Below, piece by piece: positions 46,701 to 58,960 of a stretch of 64,000 bases of DNA (the stretch's first letter is position 1; every line of letters begins with the position of its first letter). The position numbers and the translations under genes are program-made. The notes beneath the pieces are model-generated. The model saw only the letters and a list, made by a program, of their open reading frames with translations, was not told where the DNA came from and ran no database searches. This DNA is from Phyllobates terribilis (lineage: Eukaryota), in NCBI RefSeq assembly GCF_046119375.1, contig NW_027362767.1, forward strand, positions 70,866,001-70,930,000. Reading direction: 5' to 3'.

Positions 46701-49700
46701 TGGTCACAAGCCCCTTTCTTACATATTTCATAGGAATCCCATTCAGCAAGAGCTATTGAGGATTAGGGATTGCAATCACTGCAGCTTCTATGTCTGCCCA
46801 GCACCAGCGGCGGACAGTCTGTATCTGCTGCTCCATGTTTGCAGGCAAGCAAGCGAGAATAAATGCCTTGCATCTGTCCTGCATTATTGTGAATATCTCC
46901 CCTCTGCTAAAGGAGGGGATGCTGGTTCTAGCTTAAAAAAAACAACTCCATGATGCCGATGCGCAAGAGGTTGTACCGAGATCAGTGATAACTTGCTGAT
47001 CACTGAGACCTCATCCGATACAGCAACCCCTCTGAATGAAGCCTCGGGCGAGCACCTGAGTCACTGCCCCAGATGTCGTCAATGGGAGTGCTGGACCTCC
47101 AGCGATCAGCAAGTCACCATCTATCCTGTGATAACTCACCATCTTGCTAAACCCCTTTGAGCCTTTTCAGACGTGTGATACCTCCACAGTTTGACTAGTA
47201 TCAATTTTGTGCATTTTAGTCCCATACTATAGCACAAATATACAATATATCTATAAAGTACATAAATGTGACTTACACAGTAATCCGCCTCCTACAGCCT
47301 GTATCACAGTTAAGATCGGGAAAAAATACAGTGCTGCATAGATGCTTTTAAAACGGTCCGACTTCCCTAACCCGCAGGCGATCTTCTTTATTAAAAGAGG
47401 TCGGAGCAGCATCATCAACACCAAGCTGAATGCATAGTAAATGAAGACAATGGTGTACCTGTGGATGATAGCAATGCAATCATTACAAAAAGAATAATAC
47501 AATTTACACTACCAAAAGAAAATCACTACTTAAAGATGGCCGCCTCAGACATCCGAGATGTAGTCATCTTCATCCATTGGCACCAAGACACTGAACGAGG
47601 AGAAAATATCATTCTGATTCAGGCTTTGATATACTGCACTAGCTTCCCATTATACAGAACGCATCATCAGTAAATAACCCATTGCTTCAATCAGGTTTTT
47701 GTGTTGCATTTATCACAGTAGCTGCTGGGGATATTTCAGATTCACCCATCCTTTTTTTTCCCAGAAGTCTCATTATCATCAGAGACAGGCTTGCAATGTC
47801 AGGTAACTCCTCTATACACAGCTGATAACACAGGATCCACCAATCACAATAGGCAATGTCAGAGCTCGCCCTCTGCACTTTGCACATGCTCATTAGATGC
47901 TTCAATCCAAAAGACAGGTCTGGTTGTGTTCTTGGTGGCTAATGTACATGTGCATTTCCAGAAGTCAGTCTGAAATAGCCCCAGTGGCTGGTGTGAAAAT
48001 TAATAGATTTATAATTTTTTTTTCATACAGATTGTGAAATGGGGAAAAAAAGTTGATTTAAACAATAGGTCATTTTCTGATGTCCCGTTCCCTTTAAGAA
48101 CCAGAATTGGCTCCTGGTTTAGGACATATAGGTAAAAAAAAATGGCACAAATGAATAATCTATAAGATGACCACTGATAAAATAACTGAGGACTGATTAT
48201 ATCAGACTATTCATATTATGGGAAGAGAAGACTTACAAGGGATAAACGGCTTCATGTGTACAGTGCACAGTGTTGACGTAGTCCGGGCTGGGGTTGTACA
48301 GCATTGTATACCAGTCGGAAAGCTTTTCCACTCCACAGGAGCGAATGTGTAGATATCCAATGGGTTCATTGACCAGTAACGTTATCAGGGCAGCCACAGT
48401 GCATTCAAACAAGGCCGTGATGTGCTGGAAAAAAGCGCTGGAACTGTACAGAGGGAACGTTACAACACATATACACATACAGTAAATACTATATAATATA
48501 AGATAAGTGCAGGTTGGGGATACAAGAAAACTCTGCTCTTACCTCTTTTTTCCAGAATACCATTCAATGAAGAACCAGTGTAATATAAGTGGCAGCATGC
48601 CCATAAATCCTAAATACAGCCAGTCGTACAGCTCGGGAGACCCTACACACTGCCGGCAGATGCTGCGAGAATCGATCCGCTCACCTCGAGGACACGCCTG
48701 AAAAACAGAGGCAGGAGAAATGAGATTACACAGCATGAAGTGAAATAATGGCCCATTTTCATAATATATAGACTGGACGGGTCTGCAGAGGAAGAACTGA
48801 CTATAGCAGCTTTCTACTTACGCAAATGCTATGTTCCCACAATGAGTTTTTTTTACACTGCGTATTTTTGAGAAAAATGCAAGTAACCCAATTTACCAAA
48901 TGGGACAGAAAGTCGGCAACATCAAAACCTCATCGTGGGAATGTAACCTAATGGAGGGGGCTTAACATGGTATATGCAATAGAGCTGCCTAAGGGTTAAT
49001 TCAGAAGACCATAAAGAAGTCATTTATTTCTCATCCATGTTATATCAGCAATTACTGGCCCAATTGACAAGAATCATAAGCTGACGCTGTTTGCTAGGCA
49101 CTAGACCCGCCGCCGGACCTGGCATAACACTGCTACACGGTCACCAAATGGATGTCAGTTCAATCCATGGCCATGGATCATAAATATATATTTATATATA
49201 GTAGATATAACTTACCCCACATTCTCCAAAGGTTTCATTTGACCCATTTGAGAACAGAACAGGTTTTCCACAGTAAAGGCCAATGCATACTTTTCCTGTA
49301 TCCACAGCTGAAAAAAAAAAACATTATGTCAGGGGAGTTTTGTCCACAATTTGTGAAACATCTGATATTACAATGTATTTCTTGCAAATATGCATAACTA
49401 TCGTTTTCAGTATACAGCTCCTATGCATAGCGATGTGTCTCCGTGGTTACAAACTATAACTAAACTGAGTATTTCCATCCTACAGGCAGATCTGCTTTTG
49501 TCTGTTCACTAGTAGTTGGACGGGGTTTGTTCGCAGTCTGTAATCATGTAGATACATAAAGACCGTGATATGATCGCTGGGTGCTGAAGGTTGCTTTTTT
49601 TTTTTTTTTTACAAAGTTTAGAACTTTTTTTAGCCACTAAAATAATAAAAAACCTGACAAGTTTGGTATCGTCGGTCTCGTACTGACGGCACAATAATGT

Positions 49701-50195
49701 TTCCAGGTCATTTTACCACACAACAACGTCAGAATTGCATGTTTTCACCATTTACCCCGTTAGATTCCCCCCCTACACTTTTTAGTACATCTTATGGTAA
49801 AATGAACGGTGCCATTGAAAACTCATCCCACAAAAATTAACCCTTATCCGTACGGCTATGACAACGAAAAAAATCAAAAGGTTACAGCTCGTGGCAGAAG
49901 GGGGAACAATCAAAAGGGCAAAAACGAAAATTGGGAGGGGGTTAAAAATCATAGGATCAGTCTGGTTGCTCCGGGCAACGTCTCCATTCTCCATTTTTCC
50001 CTCTTTTCTACATGGGGCAGAGTGAGGGCTGACAGGGAGGCTGGGATATGTGATGGGGCAGCCATTGTACCTCCCCCAGCTGTATGCTGGGAGCAGGACG
50101 TACAGCCTATAGGCAGCGCCTGTCTGGCCAGGAGGCCCCGGGGCCCCTCACTGACTCGTTCCCTGGGAGCCCCGCAGTGTCCATGACTTACCCAT
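43719..50195 (-). CDS. JKAMP: JNK1/MAPK8-associated membrane protein (7 coding exons, 311 aa)
   Basis: Exons (minus): 50192-50195, 49216-49307, 48543-48697, 48237-48443, 47277-47458, 45267-45343, 43719-43937; total 936 nt, all GT-AG. Protein MAVDTGKVCIGLYCGK...SPELYDWLYLGFMGMLPLILHWFFIEWYSGKK...LYNPSPDYVNTVHCTHEAVYPLY...KFTDPSRIRLEEGSGH. Confidence 0.96.
45838..46281. mobile_element. TTAA MITE carrying an inserted 58-bp-arm hairpin, JKAMP intron 5
   Basis: TTAA|AGGGAATCGGTCACCAGGTTTTT ... AAAAACTTGCGAACAGATTCCTT|TTAA termini. Confidence 0.6.
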
Positions 50196-50378
50196 CAGCA
50201 TCCAGGGTCAGGGAGCTCCAGCCTGCAGACATCACCACCACTTCCGGGTCTGGCTCTGCGGATGTGCTGACGTCACACCTTACGTCGAACTTGAGAGACG
50301 TAACGGCTTCGCCGCCATCTTTGCTGTGGGCAACGTAAGAGTAATATTGCCCACAGTTGAGGCTCCGCTTCTTCAGCG
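50196..50378. promoter_or_regulatory. Bidirectional CpG-island promoter of JKAMP and L3HYPDH
   Basis: 183 bp between divergent ATGs. ETS ACTTCCGG at 50240-50247, perfect CRE TGACGTCA at 50268-50275, YY1 GCCGCCATCTTT at 50311-50322; CpG-rich from ~50050 to 50870. Confidence 0.75.
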
Positions 50379-53300
50379 ATGTCGGCTCTGAAGTTCCGCT
50401 TAGCCCCCAATGACGGCCCGGTGCTGTCAGTGGTGGACATGCACACCGGCGGGGAGCCGCTGCGGATAGTGCTGAGCGGGGCACCGGTACCCAGCGGGAG
50501 CACGCTGCTGGAGAAGAGGCGCTGGGTGCGGGAGAACATGGACTGGGTGCGCAGGGTGCTGATGCTGGAGCCCCGCGGGCACCGGGATATGTACGGGGCG
50601 CTGCTGGTGCCCAGTGAGGAGGCGCAGGCGCAGCTGGGGGTGCTGTTCATGCACAACGCCGGGTACAGCACCATGTGCGGGCACGCCATCATCGCGCTGG
50701 GCCGCTTCGCCATAGACTACGGACTGGTGGATCCGCAGAGTCCGGAGACGCCGCTCACCATCCACTGCCCGTGCGGCCTGGTGCGGGCCTACGTGTCCTA
50801 CAGCGGCGGCCGCAGCGGACGGGTGCGATTCCACAGTGTGCCGGCCTTCACCCTGTGCACAGGTAATGCATACAGTATAGCGCCACCTTGTGCCCAGGTA
50901 ATGGTGTGACCCGGCATGCAGCGCCACCCCGTGCCCAGGTGATAGAGAGCACCCCCTCCCCTGTGCCCAGGTGATAGAGAGCGCCCCCCTGTGCCCAGGT
51001 GATGCATACAGTAGAGCTGCACACCCTGTGCCCAAGTAATGTATACAGCGCCACCTTGTGTCCAGGTAATATATACAGCGCCACCTTGTGTTCAGGTAAT
51101 ATATACAGCGCCACCCTGTGTACAGGTAATGGTGTGACCAGGCATGCAGCGCCACCCTGTGCCCAGGTAATAAATTCAGTATAGCGCCACCCTTTGCCCA
51201 GGTGACAGAGAGCGCCCCCCCCCTGTACCCAGGTGATGTGTACAGTAGAGCTCGACACCTTTTCTGTTCCACCTTACAGCAGTCTGTATACACTAAACAC
51301 AAAAAGTTAGGGATATTTGACTTTCAGGTGAAATTTATGGACAATGTATAAAGTTCCCGCTACAGTTATATTTTCTCATGACAGTCGAGCATTTTTAGAA
51401 GCAGCAATCGTGATTTCATCATCTTATACAATTTATGGAAACAAAAGCCAACAACTGTGGTGGTATACACCCCCCCCCCCCAAAAAAAATGTCAATGTCG
51501 CAATAACTTGTCGTGTGGCCTTGAGCATCAATTACAGCTGACAACGACGTCTCCTGCTGTTCACAAGTGGAGTTATTGTCTGCTGAGACATGGCATCCCA
51601 CTCTTCTTGAAGGGCGGCCTTCAGGTCAGTGAGGTTCTGGGGTACAGAGTTACAAGCCCCCTACTCGGCAACTCAGCTGATCCCATAGGTATTCTATGGG
51701 TTTCAGGTCTGGAGAAAGTGCAGGCTGCTCCATTTGAGGTTCCCCTGTCTACAGCAGCCGTTCCCTAATGATACGACCTCAATGAACTGGAGCATGGTCG
51801 TCCAGGAAGATGAAATTAGGCCTGTGGTGTTTATGCAGAGGCACAATGACTGGATTAATGATGCTATTCGATTATTAGGGACTTGTCACAAAGTGTAGGG
51901 CAGTTCTGTATTGACTAGACACCTGCCCACACTGTAACACCACCACCACTGGTGACAACAGTGGCTGATGCACAGCGCTCTCTTTGATGTCTACAACATC
52001 CTTGGTGGCCATCGTTTCTGCTCAGCGTGAATCGGCTTTCATCAGTGAACAGCACTGAGAACCTCTGGTCCCTTGTCCAACGTAGACGTGCCCTGGCGGT
52101 GTGGTCAGGTACCTTGCAGGTCGTCTAGCACGCGGACCATGCTGATGTAAACTGTTTTGAATGGTCTGACCTGACACTTGGGTGTGTCTCACCTCCCTTC
52201 AATGTGCCTGGAGTTGTGACATTCATCATCCGGTTCCTAAGGACAGTGTTCACAATGAAGCGGTCATCCGTGTGGGATGTGGACATCCTTTGGCCACTTC
52301 TCGGCCTTTCTGGGACTCTTCCAGTCTTCCTGTATCTCTGTTACAACCTGCTGATGACTCTGTGACTCTAAGCTCAGTGGCCACCTCTGTCTGAGAACAT
52401 CCTGCTTGAAGCCTCATAATGGCGAAGTACTACTCCTCAATTGTTAGATGTCGTCTTGGTCTCATGATATCAAAATGTGACCAGCAGGATGAGGAGGACT
52501 GTTTAATACCAATTCTAATTGAACCCCGAAATTTATTGCCCGAATCATGGCTCAAACGCCCGTTGTGAATTTTGCCATTAAGCTCCTTGTTAGAGAACAG
52601 CAAGTTGTGCAAAAAGTCCTGAAACATTGAGCAGTTGGACATGTGCAATCAAATGTTTAGAGAAGGTCACCTGAAAATGTTAGAGGGCATCTTAGGATCA
52701 TACTGAAATTTCATCCAAAAGCCAAATATACCTAACTTTTTGTTAGTACTGTATATGGTTTGGTGCGGAAGTGGCAAAATACAGAGAAAATGTTTTCCTC
52801 CCCCACTCTACCCTCATTGATTCACTGACAACGCCGATTCCATCTAACCTGATGTGATCATTTGCAGAAAAATCTGATATTTTACTCAAGCTGCTCCAAA
52901 AGCCACTGCAGGATCCATACAATCAATGCTTGGTGCATGGCTATGGGTACACAGGTTGTGGTGCAATAGTCATTGACAGATATGTGACCACAGTCGTGTA
53001 CATAGACGTCTTCCAGTAATTCTATGTACAGAACTGATGACAAGGGTGAGGATTATTTTGATGGGACAACATGTCGTATATGTCACACATGTCCCTGTGC
53101 TGCATTTATGCAGCATCCACAGAGGAACATATAACACACAAATCGTTGTGGCCTCCATGGTCCCCAGACTTAACTGAGTGCGACATTTATCTATAGGGTT
53201 ACCTAAAGGGTCAGGGTTTATTAAACACATTCCCAGATAATGCCCGAACTGAAAGGCAAAATTAACCCTGACGTTTTTCATAGATGATGGACCTTGCGGT

Positions 53301-56300
53301 GCTGCAGAATGTGAAGTTAGACGGCACAACTTTCCATCGCTGCTGGTGGAAACCACTCCTAGCATTTCTTGCAACGGGAAAATACATAATTTTTTCATCA
53401 TCTTACACAAAACATACAGGGAAAACTTCTCTTTTTCTCAACCCAAACTGGAAAATCCTATAGATGCCCCATATAGTAACCAACAGTTCTTGGGTATAAC
53501 CATTGAAGATACAAAAAACTGAAGTCCAACCTCCATAATCCCATGATATTACCACAACTCTTTGATGAGGCCGCATCATCGTGAATTAATACAACGTTTC
53601 CTTGTATGACTCCATCATTGTGCCTGGCATCACCTTATTCTGCACCATAAATAATAGTTCATCCTGCTGACCAGTCCCTACTCTTGGTGACTACGGAGAT
53701 GTGCATCATATGGGATTTGTGAACTGTAAGGCCAAACTCAGACGTCATGATCCCAGTACAGACCGTGACGTCCGCACCGGCCACGGATCTCTTGAACTGG
53801 ACTTATAGGCATGTATAGGTTGGGTTTGAAAGACCCGCAGTCAGTCTTGAAGTAGCGGTCCGTACTTGGACCTCATTTCTTGGACGTCTGATTACAGCCT
53901 GACTCTTGGTGTTTTTGTATCCAGATGTCACGGTTGACGTGCCTGGCTATGGCAGGGTAGTAGTGGACGTAGCTTACGGGGGTGCCTTCTACGCCTTCGT
54001 TAGCGCAGAGCGGTTCGGATTGGACGTTTGTTCTTCGAGGACAAGAGATCTTGTAGATGCCGCAGCCGCGGTATCAGATGCTGTGAAGGCTCAGGTAGCG
54101 TACACGACCTCCTCCTACCAGGACTGCTGCGTCCTGTCTGCTTTACCTGGCTGGTCGTTATTGTAACATAGTCTTCCTTCAACCTTAAAAACTAAGTCCA
54201 TCTAGCTCAACCCATAGCGTGTGGACTCCTATTACCGGGAACAAACTAACCCGACTAACGCTTCTCTTTCCATTTAATATTACCAGTAACACATTTCCCA
54301 CCAGTAGGTCTAGCCCTGTTTTGTATCGGTTATTAACCGGCGCTTTATTGTTCTGCAGGTTAAGATTGGCCATCCTGACAGTGAGGACCTGGCGTTCTTA
54401 TATGGCACCATAATAACTGATGGGAAGGATGCACACAGCGAGGAGCCCACTGCCAATATCTGTGTGTTTGCGGATTCCCAGGTAAATTCTCCGCCTTAAT
54501 CTACTGCTCTATATGCCGGCTGATGGGAGACCCACATTAGGGAATTGCATTCTATGTAATTTACTGATAAATATGGAACGATATCTACCTGATGGTTCCT
54601 CCACCCAAAATAATCAGAGTATTAAATGGATGATATATGTAAAGAATAGAAGTGATGGACCGTGCAGACCAACAACTGCGGAGGAGAAACCAAATGATGG
54701 ACTTTCCCTGTAAAGAGTAGCTAAATGTATTTTTAGTATTCATTTTTTAAACATAAATGTAATTTGAAGACATTTTATAACAGATACAAAAAAAGAGGAC
54801 AAACATGGCCTTGGAGGAATATATACTTAATTATTAACCAGATGGGGAGAACCCCATGTAGAAATCCCTCTCTATCAGGCCATAAAACTTTAGCTTTTAT
54901 TATCTACATTTAAAATGCATACAGGGTGTTAAAATATTGTCCCTAATCTGCCTATATCATTTTGTTTTAAGTTGCCACTTATGTATTGATCCACGCGGTG
55001 CCACCATTTATGACTGAATAGGACAGTTGTTGCTTATAGCACGCGTCCCCCCAACATGTTTCACCACATATGCAGCGTCATCAGCGGATGGGACACTGGC
55101 ATTCACTTGTGATGACGCCGCATATCTGGTGAAACGTGTTAGGGATGACTCGTGCTATAGACCACATTGTATAACGGCTAATTGGTAGAGATGGTGAGAA
55201 TCATTTCGCAGGCCCCGGTTCATTGGCCACGTCGGTAATCTGTCACTGCCGGACAGGAGGCTCTGAGAACTGGCTTCTACCCGATGGCTTCCGCGGCTCT
55301 TCTTTTGATTAGCCGGCCTGGCGTATTGCGCATGTGACGTCTTGTCAGGCCGGCTAATTGAGAGAAGAGCCGGGATGCCGTCAGGTAGGAAGCGTTTCTC
55401 AGAGCTCCCATCCAGAGGCTACAGATTACCGACGCGGCTGATGGACCGGGTCCTGCGAACCGATTCCCATGGTGGCTATTAAACTATTTTGCTGCCTTGA
55501 TAGAAAAAAAATAGCTAAAGTGTGCTTAGATCTGGATTACAAATCTCCCAATTCTGAGTGCGGAGGGAGCACAGTCTTCATGGTCCAGGCAGTCTCTTTG
55601 CATACAAAAGTCAGTGAGGGAAGTCTGCACAGAACTCGCTGTGACTCCTTCGTCTTCTCCTCGTATAGGAGCGAGCAGTCTACAGTGGGGCTTGCAATTT
55701 GATTTCGGTAATAATTTTGCCCCCGCTTGCCTTCTATATCCCCTATTATGCACTGTCTATTGCTGTCTGCGGAATGAGAATCAGCAGGCTCTTTGTGAGA
55801 TTATAACTCTGATCTTCCTTCTCTGCTCTTCCTTCTCTTCTGTTAACTCATTCTGCTGCCAGAAATAGTGTAAATGTCATGCAAGGTGTGGGAAAGACTA
55901 AGTACAACATGAAGGGAAGAGGGGGAGGAAGCCCAAACACTAGGGAAAGGGGGAGTGGAGACCCCTAGGCAGATCTAATATCACCCTGCCTACCCTACCG
56001 TCCCTATATTGGTTCCACACCAATCGCTGAGCAGGACCCTAAACCCTGTATGTCCCTAGAGCTTGGCCCTAGATAGGGAGGGGTGAGCGCTGGTCAGGCC
56101 CCACTGCAAACTAAAGACAACAAGGTAAACAAAGGTGATTAATTTAGCTTGAGCAGATGTGTCACCCTGGCCTGGATGCCACAAATATATTAAAGCTGTG
56201 TCTGAGAGCAAGGGGGAAGTTCTCTAGTCAGGGGAACATTAGCATGCAATGCCTCCTGTCTCAGGCCAGTAGGGGGAGCTGGCTGCCCCTATAAAAGCTG

Positions 56301-58960
56301 GTACTGGGGGCAGGGTTAGAGAGAAGTGGATGACCTGTCTCAGTACTGAGACGTGTCCCGGAGCAGAGCAGGGACAGAAAGTTGTATTGCACCTAAGAGG
56401 AAGTGTGGCAGGAGGAGAGCCACAAGCCAGAGACAAGAGGCGAAGCAAGCCTGTCTTGGCTGATAAAGGACTTAATTTACAAGACTTTGGTGTCTGAGGC
56501 TGGGAGGATTCCACATCCTACAGCAGATAACCAGTCCGCAGGGGACTGTATATTCCTTGGCCTAAGAAGCCTGGAGGCCCTGCCACAACAGAAGGCACCA
56601 GCAAAGCCGTATCAGGCCGGGAGCAGAAAGGAACCCACGTCGCAGGCCATACAGGCGAGAATATACGGAGAGCTCGGAAACGTGGGCTGTTACCCTATAA
56701 CGAGGAGATAGCCAGAAGGAGCACAGAAAGCACAGTAGGCCTACACCCTCACCCTGACCAGGGCCAATTTCCCCATTGCTCTCAGACATCCAGGTCTCCT
56801 CCTAGCCGGGACTGTTTGTGGGTCAGTTTACCTGTTCTAGTAAAGACCCTGGACTGCAACCTGTTGTCTGTGTGCTCCTTGCTCCTCCAGCACTATCAGC
56901 TCTGGGACTCTCACTACCATCACTCCCACCATCCACTGCACTGCCCTGGGCCCGCACTCTTCCCGTGGGGAGTCATGCCGTCCCAGCTGCATACATCATC
57001 AGCCCCAGCGGTCTGCCTTGCAGCGGCGGTTCCTAATGACCGCAAATCCATGGGTGGCGTAGTCGGACATAATCATCAGCACATAACGGACTACCACGGG
57101 CCTAACCACCCTGAGCCACGGAACCGGGTAGCCACTACTACCCCCATCGTTCCCCTATTGCCCGGATCCGAGTGCCCCACGGCCCAGGGGCGAGTCACAG
57201 ACACCAAAGAAGTAACGCCAACTGTCCTCCAAGGGCACCAGAGAAGAAGCAAGCCCACAGCTAGTGCTCCAAGCCTGCACAAAAGAACATAGAAGTATCA
57301 CCTGCAATTGCCTGGAGCAAACTGAGTTTTTAACTCCCCTGCCAGGGTGTGTTAATCAGCAGCAGGAGGGAGGTCGCCGCTTGGTCTTAAAGGAAGAAGG
57401 ATTAAAAAGGTGTCTGCAGCTGCAATGCCAAGCGCAGTGACCTTCTACAGCCAGATCCAGAGCGACTGTCTATTACACCTGACACACCCGTGACAGTAAC
57501 CAACCACTATAGAAGGCAAACGGGGCAACACTTTTAATGAAATGTTATTGCAAATATGATTTTTAGTCAAAAATACATGCAGTTAAGTAAATAAAAAGAT
57601 GTCAAAATCTGTTAAAGCCCCTGTGATGCATTAAAAGGATTTTCTCATCATCCTGAATGGGTAAAAAGGCACAGTGTTTGTAAAAACTAGCAATTTTGCA
57701 ATCTACCTCTTACTAAAAATTCTCTTGTTTATCAAAAATGAAGGAATTATTGTTTGTTGGTTGTTGCCCATGTTGCAGACCACCTCTGCAGCCTATAAAA
57801 GGTCGTTGGTCTCCTAGGCAAGGAGCATAGACTTGCAAGTGCGGCTCTAAAGCTGGCAGGATCTGGCGCTGCAGAGGGCAATGCTGCTTGTGTGTACAGC
57901 ATTGTAGAGTACACAGTTCAGACCCGTGTTACTGATACAAATTGTAAATCATCAAGAGGGCACCACTCCCCAGCAATCAGAAAGCTTGGAGGCAGAGGAG
58001 CCGTGTGCTCCGGGTGACCCAGCAACAGGAGGCAGAGGAGCCGTGTGCTCCGGGTGACCCAGCAACAGGAGGCAGAGGAGCCGTGTGCTCCGGCTGACCG
58101 AGCAACAGGAGGCAGAGGAGCCGTGTGCTCCGGCTGACCGAGCAACAGGAGGCAGAGGAGCCGTGTGCTCCGGCTGACCGAGCAACAGGAGGCAGAGGAG
58201 CCGTGTGCTCCGGCTGACCGAGCAACAGGAGGCAGAGGAGCCGTGTGCTCCGGCTGACCGAGCAACAGGAGGCAGAGGAGCCGTGTGCTCCGGCTGACCG
58301 AGCAACAGGAGGCAGAGGAGCCGTGTGCTCCGGCTGACCCAGCAACCCAAGATTAACCCTTTAATATCTATGAACATGTGGGTCTTTTAGGGCACTTTTT
58401 TAAGGGATAAAAAAGACAACTCGTCAGCCATAAAAAGTTAATTGTGATTTTTTTTTTTTTTTTTGCTCTGTTATCAGGTTGATCGCAGTCCCACAGGTTC
58501 TGGAGTCACCGCTCGTATCGCTCTACAGTACCACAAAGGCCTAATACAGTTGGAGCAGACCCGGACCTTCAAGAGCGGTGCCACAGATTCCCTGTTCACT
58601 GGCAAAGCAGTCAAGGTGATTTAAGCAAAGTCCTTATACCAAACCGTATACATTCCTGTATCTGTGCCTTTTCACCTCTGGTCGTCTTCTGCATGTGGAA
58701 ATCCTATAGTAGCCATGTGTAATTCTCAGCTGAGACTTGTAGAAGAGGCCGTTCTTGTACCATCCAGCATTAGGACGTGGCAGCCATTGATCTCCGTGCA
58801 TCGCTCGCTGCTGATTTACTTCTCTCTTCTCTAGGAGACTGTTTGTGGTGACTACAAAGCGGTGATCGTGGAGGTGTCCGGACAGGCGCACTACACCGGC
58901 ACGGCCAGCTTCACTCTGGAGAGCGATGACCCACTGAAGGACGGATTTCTGCTGAAATAA
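50379..58960 (+). CDS. L3HYPDH: Trans-L-3-hydroxyproline dehydratase (proline racemase family; 5 exons, 346 aa)
   Basis: Exons 50379-50862, 53925-54094, 54359-54481, 58478-58615, 58835-58960 (1041 nt, GT-AG). Motifs DMHTGGEPLRI, LEPRGHRDMYG, STMCGH and DRSPTGSG (Cys/Thr pair). Confidence 0.96.
50850..51245 (+). repeat. ~30-40-bp minisatellite spanning the L3HYPDH exon-1 donor, ~11 units
   Basis: Units of (c/t)agcgccacc(c/t)tgtg(c/t)ccag|gt(a/g)at. Confidence 0.85.
51291..52751 (-). mobile_element. Degenerate Tc1-like transposon in L3HYPDH intron 1
   Basis: TA-flanked short TIRs (aaaaagttagggatatttg / caaatatacctaacttttt). A broken transposase starts at 52465: MRPRRHLTIEE...RLQAGCSQTEVATEL...RPRSG...DDRFIV. 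Confidence 0.8.
55035..55159. repeat. Inverted repeat formed by two head-to-head degenerate hammerhead-like motifs
   Basis: Minus: CTGATGA cgctgcatatgtggt GAAA catg TT (55084-55053). Plus: gTGATGA cgccgcatatctggt GAAA cgtg TT (55109-55140). Confidence 0.55.
55190..55470. mobile_element. Palindromic MITE
   Basis: Mirrored arms around gattagccggcctg...caggccggctaatt; a related core lies at ~38260-38345. Confidence 0.55.
55875..57495. mobile_element. Solo LTR (family of 22366-22945) interrupted by a second solo LTR
   Basis: TGTCA...TGACA termini; flanks GTAAA/GTAAC; the two halves sum to ~577 bp, matching the uninterrupted copy. Confidence 0.7.
56158..57197. mobile_element. Nested solo LTR (~1040 bp, Gypsy-like)
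   Basis: TG...CA ends and a 4-bp TSD CAGA (56154-57 / 57198-201); absent from the 22.6-kb copy of the host LTR. Confidence 0.7.
57988..58346 (+). repeat. 40-bp minisatellite, ~9 copies, near the L3HYPDH exon-4 acceptor
   Basis: Unit ggaggcagaggagccgtgtgctccgg(c/g)tgacc(g/c)agcaaca. Confidence 0.95.

Noticed and set aside
50427-51302. 291-aa minus-strand ORF and 146-aa ORF at 50273-50713
   Set aside because: Antisense shadows of the GC-rich L3HYPDH exon 1 plus the adjacent repeat.
57918-58377. Three overlapping repetitive ORFs
   Set aside because: Translations of the 40-bp minisatellite.
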